DNA of 30,830 bases from Octopus sinensis (GCF_006345805.1 NW_021832348.1:1-30830); one strand, 5' to 3'. Shown: positions 11,886-23,642, counted from the first letter of the stretch. A program made the numbers and translations. The notes: a model not told the origin generated them from the sequence alone.

Positions 11886-12831
11886 GTCGTCCTTTCCCTT
11901 GTTCGTCTATTTTCTCTCTTGATGGGTGTGTGCTCGAAACGTAAAAGACCTTTTCTTCTACTTTTCCTGACGGTACACCTATTGCGCTACGATTGTATTT
12001 TTACCTCATCTTCGTCTTTTGATTCTTTTTGCATCACACACACACATATACATATACAAAAACATACATACACAGACACACAAACACACACAGACACAGA
12101 CCCAGGCACACACACACACACATGCATGGTGTTTTCAGCCAAGAAAGGAGCGAGCACCAAGTTCGCATGTGCCAGTCTTGATAATTGCTGAAATTTATCT
12201 CAGCATGAAACCAATGGTAGCCTTGTTAACTCACAAATAAAGAATATTTATTCACCAACGCGGCGTTGATCTCTCAATATCACTACTCGATGTAAGCATG
12301 TGTGTATGTATGTGTACTTATATGTGTTTGTATGTATGTATGTATATATGTATGTATGTATGCAAGTATGTATGTATGTATATATGTATGTATATATATT
12401 TTAAGTTATTAGAATCTTTTTATTAAATTAACAATGGTATCAGTGACACTGAACCAGATATAGCGACAGCATATTGAAATATTCAAGAATTGTCTGCGTT
12501 AATTGGTAGAGTTCAGCTATCCCACACCCCGCAAAATAAAAAAAAAAACATTTCTATGATGGAAAATTCTATGAGATGGTCATGTTTAACAAACATCTAA
12601 TAACGAACAATATCAGAAAAAATAATTGACTAATTATTCAATTGTTCCAGAAGTAATCTTCGGCTCTTTGACTGATGCAGTTCATATTGCAAAGACCGTA
12701 AGAAATTAAAAGTGCATTTCATGTCATGGCGGCAATTTATCGAATACCAACCAACAACTCATTGTTTACATTATACGCAAACCGCATGTCTCAGCAGAAA
12801 CTGTACAAAATAAAGACATATTCATACATAT

Positions 12832-13087
12832 TATTGGGTTGGTGCATAATTATTGCAGAATATTTTTCAATAAATTTTATTCAACAAATACAATAACAAT
12901 ATTTAATACAAACATCTTTAAATGGCGGTCTGACCGTCTGCCAAGCAAATGGGAAGCAGTGATTGAAGTAGATGGTGAATATGTTCCGGAATAATCATTT
13001 AAAGATTTTTTTGTTACATGTTGTTATTGTTTTTGTTGAATAAAATTTGTTGAAGAAATGCCGCAATAATTATGCACCAGCCCAATA
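12832..13087 (+). mobile_element. Mariner-derived MITE, 252 bp, with about 85-bp imperfect terminal inverted repeats
   Basis: TA at 12832-12833 and 13086-13087; arms begin ttggg(t/c)tggtgcataattattgc; the spacer retains DRLPSKWEAVIEVDGEYVPE* (12932-12994), a mariner transposase C-terminus. Confidence 0.9.
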
Positions 13088-13329
13088 CATATGTATGCGT
13101 CAACCTTGCAGCCTGTCCACAAAAACCGTGAACTGTTTCTATATACTTCGGTCAGGCCGGAATTATTTCGCATTGGATGCGCATTTGTCGCTCACGAGCT
13201 TACTTGCGGGGAGATTTCGATTCTCCTAGCTACGAAGTATATAATATTTTTAATAGAAAACTTCTATAAAAGAATTTTATCCCGACCTAATCCTGCAGAT
13301 TCTCGATTGTATATACACACATGACGTCA

Positions 13330-13365
13330 TGTATATATATATATATATATATCAACACACATATG

Positions 13366-13428
<63 letters not shown>

Positions 13429-13580
13429 CATATATATACACGTTTATATATATATATATATGTGTGTATATGCATGTATATGCATATGTATATATGTATG
13501 TATGTATACGCACATACAAACAAGTATACATACATGCATGCATACATACATACATACCAACATACATATATACATATATG
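13330..13580. repeat. (TA)n/(TACA)n tract
   Basis: Direct reading. Confidence 0.95.
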
Positions 13581-13971
13581 TTAGGCGGCGAGCAATAAAA
13601 ATTTTGCTTCGTTACTGGTATCATTTTATTTCGCATTGTATGAGCAATGTCTAATTCTCCATCTCTTTATCAGAGAATTGTCTTTTGTTTTGTTTTGTTT
13701 TGGTTTTTGTTTATTCTTTTTCGATCGATAAGTTATCTGGATCACATAATTTTACTGCTCAGAAAGCAAGAATCTAATTCAGTTACTATATCCTTCAGTT
13801 TCTTTCGTGGTTTTAGAGAACACGCCTACTGCTCTCCTGGAACCTGAAGACAGCCGCAGATCAAACCTCAAAAAGTAACGTAGATGAATATCTAAAATAT
13901 TTCTTAACTACAAAATCAAACTAAAAGTCGCAAAGATTATTACTGTATCTAATATTTATATTATCGTATAA

Positions 13972-14188
13972 GGCAGTGAGCTAGCAGAACCGTTAACACA
14001 ACGGGCAAAATGCTTAGCAGCATTTCGTCCGTCTTTAGGTTCTAAGATCAAATTCGGCCGAGGTCGACTTTGCCTTTCATCCTTTCGAGGTCGATAAATC
14101 AAGTACCATTTGTGTACTGATGTCGATTAATCGACTTACACCCTCCCCCAAAATTCCAGACCTTGTTGCCTATAGTAGAAAGAATTAT
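13972..14188 (+). mobile_element. tRNA-derived SINE family A
   Basis: ggcagtgagctagcagaaccgttaac...gatcaaattcggccgaggtcgactttgcctttcatcctttcgaggtcgataaatcaagtacc. Confidence 0.85.
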
Positions 14189-14199
14189 ATTATCATTTA

Positions 14200-14415
14200 C
14201 GATGTGAATTGGTAGAATCGTTAGAGCGTCAGACAAAATTCCCTTCGGGTATTTATTTGCAGACCTTTGAGATCAGAGTTCAAATCCTGCTGAGGCCATC
14301 TTGGTTTTTTTCTCAACCATGAGTTGAATAAATAAAGTAACAGTCAAATACTGGGATCAATATAATTAATTAATATCTCTCTCTCCAAAATTTCTGATCC
14401 TGTGAGTATATCAGA
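14200..14415 (+). mobile_element. Older, diverged family A SINE directly behind the previous copy
   Basis: gtgaattggtagaatcgttagagcgtcagacaaaa...cagagttcaaatcctgctgagg...gtaacagtcaaatactggg. Confidence 0.65.
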
Positions 14416-15221
14416 AGCAGTAATTACGAAAAATGATTAATCAGCTTTCAAATCACGCCGACGTTAACTTTACCTTTCAACTTTCTTGGATCGATGAAAT
14501 AAAGAACCTTGCGAAATATTAACCGTCGTTACCTCCCCCACAAACAAAAAGAAAAAAAAAAAATACCTGTACCAGTGTAGAAAAATCCCGCATAAGAACA
14601 TAATACTGTAAAACCTTTTATACTTCGAGAGACGCTTAATTTTTTTTTCTTTTCTTCCTTTACATTTTTGAGAAAATTCTCCATGATTTTCAATGCATTC
14701 GGGTGATTCATAATCATTTTCCATGGAGTCGAGATATCAAGAAATACAACTCGTATAAAACAGAAAGAATGAGTCGGGCTAAACAGCAGCCAATATGGTG
14801 GATTTTGTTCACACTTAAGCTTGTCTTCTCGGACTCAATTACAGCCTTATCGAAAAATGTCCACGTTCGTTTCCATCCTCATATCCAATTCTTTCCGCCT
14901 AACTTCACCACTTGAGATTTTATATGTTTGTGTGTTTTATTTCTGTTTTTTTTTTTTGTGTTTCTATTTTCTTTTTTTTTTCTCTTTATTTATTTTATTT
15001 GTTTTTAATACTTTTCCCCCTCTTCGATTTAGCTTTCTAGCTTTCTTTCTCCCGTCGCCACCTCTGACTTGCACCACGTCCGCACTTTGTGTACTGAGAC
15101 AGTTACGTACAAACACATATGTGCATTCGTCTCTTCATACACAAACACAGTCTTCCCAGATATACACTCATAAACATATACATACATGCAGGCACGCACG
15201 CGTGTTTACATATATACTGTA

Positions 15222-15255
<34 letters not shown>

Positions 15256-15419
15256 TATATACACTTATTCACGCACAAACAAATCAAATATTCACGCACA
15301 AAGATTGGCACTCGTTCGGGTCCACTCAGTCAATCATATTGACAAACACACCGGCATAGACTTACACGCTAATAGACCCATGCAAATACGCATACACACC
15401 CACTCACAAAGCTAGAAAC

Positions 15420-16075
15420 ACATTCACACATACATGCATACGTACATACATACATACATACATACATACATACAAACATACATATATACATACAGCCAGG
15501 CATGCATACATACATTCATAAAAACATGCATACATATACACATACATACACAGAAACGTACATGCATACATACATACATACATACATATATACATGCATG
15601 CATACATACATACATACATACATACATACATACATACATACAAACATACATATATACATACAGCCAGGCATGCATACATACATTCATAAAAACATGCATA
15701 CATACATACATACATACATACATACATACATACACCTTTAGTGAATCATGCTGTTTGATAATTACACGCGCCGCACAGACGTATAACGAGATATATATTC
15801 TTAATAAACACACACACTCGCACATACACAGTTCCATATAAGGATATGTGTAAATGTGTGCGTGTGTGTGTGTATGTGTGTATGTGTTTGTATGTGTGTA
15901 TGTGTGTATGTGTGTGTGTATGCGCACACACATAAGCGTACAGAACTATATATATATGTGCGCACACGTGTTTACGCAAGTTTACACACACACACAGGCA
16001 CAACCATATATATATATATGTGTGTGTGTGTGTTGTGTGTGTGTGTGTGTATATGGTTGTGCCTATGTGAGCGTG

Positions 16076-16118
<43 letters not shown>

Positions 16119-16265
16119 GGGGGGAGAGAAATATGTGTGTGTGCGTATGAATTCATGTATTACATATAATAGATAGATAGATAGACAGACAGACAGATAG
16201 GTAGATAGATAGATAGATAGATTGATAGATAGATAGATTGATAGATAGATAGATAGATAGATAGT

Positions 16266-16327
<62 letters not shown>

Positions 16328-16505
16328 CGTTATACGTCTGTGCGGCGCGTGTAATTATCAAACAGCATGATTCACTAAAGGTGTATGTATGTATGTATGT
16401 ATGTATGTATGTATGTATGTATGCATGTTTTTATGAATGTATGTATGCATGCCTGGCTGTATGTATATATGTATGTTTGTATGTATGTATGTATGTATGT
16501 ATGTA
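15420..16505. repeat. (TACA)n region with a 168-bp direct duplication and an inverted copy of about 15611-15788 at 16328-16505
   Basis: cagccaggcatgcatacatacattcataaaaacatgc at 15493 and 15661. The unique tail cctttagtgaatcatgctgtttgataattacacgcgccgcacagacgtataacg (ends 15788) is reverse-complemented starting at 16328. Confidence 0.9.
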
Positions 16506-16694
16506 TTATATATATTATATATATATATACATTCGATGATAGATGCATTTGCACATGCACACACATACACATATCTGCACATATTTATGCAAACTTACTC
16601 TGAAATTTAGACTTGCATATACATACGTTCGATAGCTTTATACCAGTCTCTCTCAATCTCTATATCAATCCAATAATATTTTGCTATTTCTCCA

Positions 16695-16695
<1 letters not shown>

Positions 16696-16772
<77 letters not shown>

Positions 16773-16844
16773 ACTATCTATCTATCTATCTATCTATCAA
16801 TCTATCTATCTATCAATCTATCTATCTATCTATCTATCTACCTA

Positions 16845-16912
<68 letters not shown>

Positions 16913-17318
16913 CCTATCTATCTGTCTGTCTATCTATCTATCTATCTATCTATCTACCTATCTATCTGTCTGTCTGTGACTTCATTGACCGAGGTTACCG
17001 TGGTCTTTTCCGTAGGCTTTTCTTTCCACGGGTAAACCTCACCTGTCCTCCCCTTTACACTTCATATTGACATTTCTGTGATAACGATCCCTATTGATCA
17101 ATTTTTTTTTCCTCTCCCCCTTTTTTTTTTTTTTTTTAACCCCCCCTTTTTTTTGTCCTCTTTCTCTCCTTTTACGATCCCTTTTGATCGAAACCCCCCC
17201 TTCCTTTTTTTTTTTTTTAAACCTTCAAAAGAAAAGCTCTACCTTGTAATTTGTTCTATCTGTGTGCAGCCCTGTGTGGCTAATAAAGAAACATATCTAT
17301 CTATTTATCTATCTATCA

Positions 17319-17374
<56 letters not shown>

Positions 17375-17559
17375 GTCTGTCTGTCTATCTATATGTCTGT
17401 CTGTTTGTCTGTCTGTATGTCTGTCTTTCTGTCTGTCTGTCTGTCTGTCTGTCTTTTCATCTTTCTGCCTATTTGTCTGCCTGGGTGTCTATCGATCGAT
17501 CTATCTGTTTCTGTCTCTCTCTCTTTCTCTCTCTCACTCTCTCCCTCTATCTCTCTCTA

Positions 17560-17620
<61 letters not shown>
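16696..17620. repeat. (TATC)n/(TGTC)n tracts (16696-16975 and 17295-17620) with homopolymer-rich spacer
   Basis: Direct reading. Confidence 0.9.
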
Positions 17621-17621
<1 letters not shown>

Positions 17622-18149
17622 ACTCTTGTTCAGTCTTACGTATAGTTTCTCTCTTTTTCTCTCACTGTCTTTTTCTTTCGTTCTTTCTTACTATCCTTCT
17701 TTCTCTTCATTTCTCCCCCCCTCTCTCTCTCTCCCAGATTTTCTCACACGTTTTCACACACTGACAAATATTCACACGAGCATGCACACGAGCTTACGGG
17801 CACACACGCGCACGCTTACATGCACATAGTATCTCTCTTTCTATTTCTATCCTAGATTCTTAGATTCTCTCATCCGTTTTCAGACACAGCATTACATACA
17901 CGCGCACTCACACGCACACGAGCATATATACACAACCTCTCCTTTCCTCTCTCTCTCTCCCTCTTTCTTTCTCTGTCACCCTCTCCTATCTACCTCCTCC
18001 CTCTCAGACTCAAAGCTACGACATTCAACTACAGAAACCATTAACCGTTAGTACTAAACACCCCGACCGCCACACCAACTATGAAATTCCTGTATTATAC
18101 ATCTGTTCACGTTTCTGCTTCACTGATCCAGAATTCTGATAACATTCTT

Positions 18150-18237
18150 TCATTTAGTATTCATTTAGTATTCATTTAGCATGCATTTAGCATTCATTTA
18201 GAATTCATTTGCTGTTCACTTGCCATTCATTTTCGAG
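18150..18237. repeat. 11-bp minisatellite, 8 progressively diverging units (consensus tcatttagcat)
   Basis: tcatttagtat, tcatttagtat, tcatttagcat, gcatttagcat, tcatttagaat, tcatttgctgt, tcacttgccat, tcattttcgag. Confidence 0.85.
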
Positions 18238-18410
18238 CAAATAAATCATGAGTGAAATGCAATCAGCATCAATAATCTGCCAAGTGTCTGCAATATTAAA
18301 CATGTTCTGCTAATATTTTGTTCAGCATTCAATTAACATTCATCTACTATTAAAATTAATATTCACGTGCCATGCTAAGAGCATGGGCGGTCTAATTAGG
18401 AGGGTTATAG

Positions 18411-18555
18411 GAACGTTGAGTGGATTGCTTATGCGATAAAAGCGTTGGATACATTGCTTTCTGTTCGGAATTCAATTCGTACTGAGGCCAACTTCGTCTT
18501 TAATCCATTCAGGGATCGATAAATAAAGTATCAGTTCTATACTGGGATCAAACTT
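18411..18555 (+). mobile_element. Highly diverged family A SINE
   Basis: ttcggaattcaattcgtactgaggccaacttcgtctttaatccattcagggatcgataaataaagtatcag aligns with the family A body. Confidence 0.55.
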
Positions 18556-20515
18556 TCTCTGACTTTTTTGTGTGTAGGGGGTCTGTTTCCAGAAGAAATC
18601 AAGTTATCTGACCTGGGATTGAAACCCCACCGTCGTCTAAAATAATGCCCTAGACACGTTACACATTACGACGGCGCCTCGACGTTTCCGTCAAGAAGTT
18701 AAAGGCTCGTGTTAAAGGCTTCAATTTGGTAATTCGATCTGTTAGAAACAGCAACTAACTATCCCTCAAATCAAAACCATTTAGTTTTTATAACTGCGAA
18801 ACACATTATTGGATAATATATTCCCAGATACGTTTTTGCTTGAAAAAAAAATACGCGATGGACACGGATGTAACGCCTTTAACAATTGCGCTGCTCAATT
18901 AGAAAGGATCTAGGACTGGCAGATTCCACACGTTGGCGTTTTATTGTCAAGTGAATTGTTGTAGAATCTCAAGTCAGAGAGAGAGAGAGAGAGGGGGGAG
19001 AGAAGGGGAGAGAGAAGCGGGGAGAGATGGAGAGTGGGGGAAAGAGGGAGGAAAGAGGGGGAGAGAGAATGTGTGTACGAATACCTGTGATAGGATATTT
19101 CTATATGTTGCTGTTTAGAATCAGGTGATTCTTGAAAGAGCAGATCTATGGTCAAAGGAGTTCCAGGCGCGACTATTACCTCTAAGTTCTGCCATTTCAC
19201 CGCCTGACTTGCAAGAAGTAGCAGTGAAAATTCATCCGAATCTTATCTAGCAGTCTTAAAAAACGAAGAACACACACACACACACACACAATATGGATAT
19301 TGGGCTACTATTTCTGGCACATCGATCAGGTATATGCTCCTTCGTTGATGCAGAAAATCACGGTTTTCTTTGTTATTGTTATTCTTCAGCTTGTTTCATG
19401 CTTATTTCGATATAACTATTACAGAACAACACGAGATTAAATTGGTTTATTAATCATCATCATCATCATCATCGTCGTCTTCGTCGTCATCATCATCATC
19501 ATCGTCATTTTCATTATCTCTACCACTATAACCACCAAGGCTTTCATCATGATCATCATCATGATCATCATCATGATCATCTTATTTTAATAGATAATCA
19601 TTTGCCTTTAAATTGTAAAAGGTGAAGAAAATAATATTTGCCCCCAAAATATAAGTGCAAAAATACAATGAAACAACGAAAAAAACTCATCAAACAAAAT
19701 GACTAAAATAAAATGAATAAAATATATATATATATATGTAGAAAAAAAAATATTCTGAAAACATGGAAAGAAATGGATGAAAGGGAGGGGTGGTAATTGA
19801 GAAAAAAATATATTCCTGTTAAAAAGAGAAAAAAAAAATGGCGCTGGAAAATATTCAGAAAATAAATTAAAAAAAAAATACACGGTATGATGAACTAAAC
19901 AAAGCTTATTTGATGAAAAAAAATAATTAAAAGGAGAAAAAGAAAGACAAAAAGAAAACAGAGAAACAGAGAAATAATAGAAAAATAGAAAGAAGGAACA
20001 TCCAGCCCTTCATATCCCTAAAAAAAAACAAAGTATAAAGAAAATTTAAGTGATAAAATGTAGTTTTTAAGAAGAAGAATTCAAGAATGAAATTGTTTTT
20101 AACAAGTGACAAAGTCAATTTAAAACATTCCATCTCTGAAGAAATGGTAATTATGGGATCGGCCCTGAAAATATAAAATTTAAAATTGACCCCTGGAAGG
20201 ATTGCAACTTAGGATTATTTATAGAAAAGTAATTTAATACCGTAATATGTTTTGTTTTCCCGGTTGTAACACATTAAAAAAAAAACACCTTTACCCGTGG
20301 AGGAACTGAGAATGATACAGTACCAGACATGTTCTCGAGTCGATATTATAGACCGATCACCTGAAGCCAAATTTCTGGCTTTGTGTTCTTGTTAGAAATT
20401 TACATTTGTTATGTTATTACAATGATTTACGTATTTTGCCACAGGGGTAAATAAAATAAATTACATTAATGGAGTTAATCGACCAAGCTTTTATTACAGC
20501 GAGTCAAAATAGAAA

Positions 20516-20571
<56 letters not shown>

Positions 20572-20572
<1 letters not shown>

Positions 20573-20656
20573 GGGGTCGATGTAATCGACTTAATCCCTT
20601 TGTCTGTCCTTGTTTGTCCCTTCTATGTTTAGCCCCTTGTGGGCAATAAAGAAATA
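20572..20656 (+). mobile_element. Family A SINE, 3' half only
   Basis: tggggtcgatgtaatcgacttaatccc...ccccttgtgggcaataaagaaata; matches the 3' half of 26251-26467. Confidence 0.85.
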
Positions 20657-20711
20657 AAATCATTATTATTATTATTATCATCATTATTATTATTATTATT
20701 ATTATTATTAA

Positions 20712-20765
<54 letters not shown>

Positions 20766-20807
20766 CATTATTATTATCATTAGTATTATCATTATTATTA
20801 TTATTAT

Positions 20808-20946
20808 GGCGGCGAGCTGGCAGAATCTTTGGCGCATTTGACAAAATGCGCAGCGGTATTTCGCCCGTTGCTACGTTCTGAGTTCAAATTCCGCCAAGGT
20901 CGACTTTGCCTTTCATCGTTTCGGGGTAGATAAATTAAACACCAGT
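20808..20946 (+). mobile_element. Family A SINE, 5' half only
   Basis: ggcggcgagctggcagaatc...gagttcaaattccgcc...gataaattaaacaccagt, ending abruptly at the second 122-bp repeat. Confidence 0.85.
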
Positions 20947-21083
20947 GAAATTTACATTTGTTATGTTATTACAATGATTTACGTATTTTGCCACAAGGGT
21001 AAATAAAATAAATTACATTAATGGAGTTAATCGACCAAGCTTTTATTACAGCGAGTCAAAATAAAAAATTATTATTATTATTA

Positions 21084-21118
<35 letters not shown>

Positions 21119-21553
21119 GAGTGAGAGAGCAGTTCATGCCATCAAAGTGACACTGGGGTAAAATATACGAAGCCCAATATACCCATCAGGACTACCCGTC
21201 TGATAAGGGTACACTAGGCACATGCATCACAACCATATGTGCGCGACATGGTGATCTCATATCAAAATAAACAGAGCATGACCTTGCAGGTGGGGCCCAG
21301 TTAGAATTTTCTTCTGGTCGAGTAACCCATCCTGCTTAAAAAGTCCCTGAATAAAGGTTGTTTAAGGATGATGAACGAAACACCCATGTTTCCAGAGGTG
21401 AATTATTCAAACCCCAAAGAATCCCTCTCAACTTATGGCTATGATGCTCCCCCACTACTTCTGCTCGTGATCAGAGGTGCACATATCATCAGCCACTAAG
21501 GGACATGGTCAACTGGTTAAGGTCAAACAACTGACAAGCAAATCTGTGGTATC

Positions 21554-21554
<1 letters not shown>
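21119..21554 (-). mobile_element. Element R, longer copy (436 bp), between TAA arrays
   Basis: 21119-21330 is the reverse complement of 6290-6501; strand inferred from the shared end plus (AAT)n tail and the variable other end. Confidence 0.75.
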
Positions 21555-21604
<50 letters not shown>

Positions 21605-21623
21605 TATTATTATTATTATTATT

Positions 21624-22083
21624 TACTGTCTCTGCACAGCTTCTATCGTTGGAGATATACTACGGTGCCAGCTGTTCACTACCAATGAACTAAGGTAGCC
21701 CCTCTTATTTTTCGAGCACCATCCGGAGTATATGAGCGGTTCCAAGCAGTGCTGTTTTCTGCAAGTGCACCACCCTATTCTCGTTCCATGTACTTCTCAA
21801 GGTTTTTACTCACTATACCCAGGGCTCCGATAATTATTAGTACTACTACCACCTTTTTCAGCGACCACAACTCCTTAACCTCACAGGCAAGCCTGTCATA
21901 TCTCTCGACATATCTTTGTTCCTTGTCGCCTACCTTGATGCCAGCTGGGCATGCTATATCTATGATCCAGCATAGTTTGCTTTCTTTCTCAATTAGCACT
22001 ATGTCTGGTTTCCTTTTCTCTATGTCATGGTCTCAGTGAGTCATAAAATCCCATAGGACCTTTGCATCATCATTTTCTATGAT
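21624..22083 (-). mobile_element. 5'-truncated R4/Dong-clade LINE: restriction-like (PD-D/ExK) endonuclease fragment plus 3' UTR, in (TAA)n
   Basis: Minus strand reads IENDDAKVLWDFMTH*DHDIEKRKPDIVLIEKESKLCWIIDIACP...KEQRYVERYDRLACEVKELWSLKKVVVVLIIIGALG; after a frameshift LQKTALLGTAHILRMVLEK* (stop 21705-21707). Typical RLE-LINE C-terminus. Confidence 0.88.
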
Positions 22084-22135
22084 TATTATTATCATTATTA
22101 TCATTATTATTACTATTGTTGTTGTTGTTGTTTTT

Positions 22136-22560
22136 AAGCTGGCAGAACTGTTAGCGCCCCGGACGAAATGCTTAGCGGCAATTCGTCCGGCGGCGAGCTG
22201 GCAGAAACGTTAGCACGCCGGGCGAACTGTGTAGCCGTATGTTGCCTGCCGTTACGTTCTGAGTTCAAATTCCGCCGAGGTCGACTTTGCCTTTCATCCT
22301 TTCGCATTGGGATCCATATAATCGACTTGATCCGTTTGTCTGGCCTTGTTTGTCCCTTCTGTGTTTAGCCCCTTGTGGGTGGTAAAGAAATAGGTATTTC
22401 GCCAGTCGCTACGTTCTTAGTTAAATTCCGCCGAGATCGACTTTCCTTTCATCCTTTCAGGGTAAATTAAATAAGATCCAGTCGAACTCTGCGGTCGATA
22501 TAATCGAATCATCCCCACCCCCAAAAATGCTGCCTTTATGGCATAATTTCAAACCATTAT
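22136..22560 (+). mobile_element. Nested or tandem family A SINEs: head 22136-22188, copy 22189-22392, headless copy 22393-22560
   Basis: Two gagctggcagaa-like heads, two ttcaaattccgccgag bodies, and two different tails. Confidence 0.85.
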
Positions 22561-22574
22561 CATCATTAATGCTG

Positions 22575-22775
22575 CAGCATCGTTAACACGCTGGACCGAA
22601 AGTTTAGCAGCATTGCGTCCGTCTTTTCATTCTGAGTTCAAATGCTGCTGAGGTCAACTTTGTCTTTCACCATTTCGGCGTCAGTAAAATAAGTACCAGC
22701 AGCGCACCGGGGCCAATGTAATCGACAAGCCCCTTTCCCAAAATTTCAGGCCCTGTGCCTGTAGTACAAAAGATT
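22575..22775 (+). mobile_element. Family A SINE
   Basis: cagcatcgttaacacg...ctgagttcaaatgctgctgaggtcaactttg...cccaaaatttcaggccctgtgcc tail. Confidence 0.8.
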
Positions 22776-23339
22776 TTTAATTAGGGTTGCGGGTTGAGGG
22801 AATAGTTAGCACGCCGGACAAAATGCTGAATACTCGAGTTCAACCTCCCCTTAAAATGCTCAACCTTTCGCCAAAATAAGAAGGAATTATTTGATGTCAT
22901 TCATATTTAAAGCCAGATTTAAGGGACATTTGGTTTCTATTTCTAGTTGGCCAAGGAGACTTGTAGGTTGATTTGTTTGATCAAGTCTATTGGGAGACGG
23001 TGGAGTTTGTTTAAAACTTGTATAGTTTAGATACGTCAGCGAATGACTAAGTCAATGCAAGCAAGAGGATTATAATATTTCATTCAGTTTTCTTTTTCTA
23101 AAAGAATGAAAAATCGTTTAAAAAGGGGAAAGAAAAAATAGGAAGAAAAAGGAATGAAAAATGAAAGTATATAACGAAAAATAATGATTCAAGAAAAACT
23201 GAGGTGAAGAAAAATAAGTGGAAAATGTCGGAAAAAGAAAATGTATGGACGACGGATAAAAGGAGAGAAAGGCAGGAGAAAAGAAAGGGAAATAGGGAGA
23301 GCGAGGGGAGAGAGGTAGGGAAAGAGGTAGAGTGACACC

Positions 23340-23558
23340 ACAAATGTATGTATATATGTATGTATGGGTATACATATGAGTGCGTGTTCATGTATGTATA
23401 TATGTACATACATACGTACATAAACACATGCGTACATACATATACAAATGTGTATGCATGAATGTATGTTTGTGTTTGTATGTGTATATATACAAACCTA
23501 CATACATACATACATACATATGTATATATGTATATATGTATATATATGTATATATATA

Positions 23559-23642
<84 letters not shown>

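Larger units (their letters stand above)
20395..21068 (+). repeat. 122-bp direct duplication (20395-20516 and 20947-21068), each copy followed by (TTA)n
   Basis: gaaatttacatttgttatg...gagtcaaaata; 2 mismatches; period 552 bp. Confidence 0.95.

Noticed and set aside
18910-19200. Minus-strand ORF with a donor-like cag|GTATTC at 19084
   Set aside because: Overlaps a GA microsatellite and a segment (cagatctatggtcaaagg) that I recall as interspersed repeat; no homology recognised.
20296-20361. 66-nt minus-strand phase-1/1 exon candidate (DRSIISTREHVWYCIILSSST)
   Set aside because: Weak polypyrimidine tract and no recognisable protein; expected by chance in 30 kb.
20808-20900. tRNA gene
   Set aside because: A/B-box-like motifs belong to SINE heads; no cloverleaf or acceptor stem could be folded.
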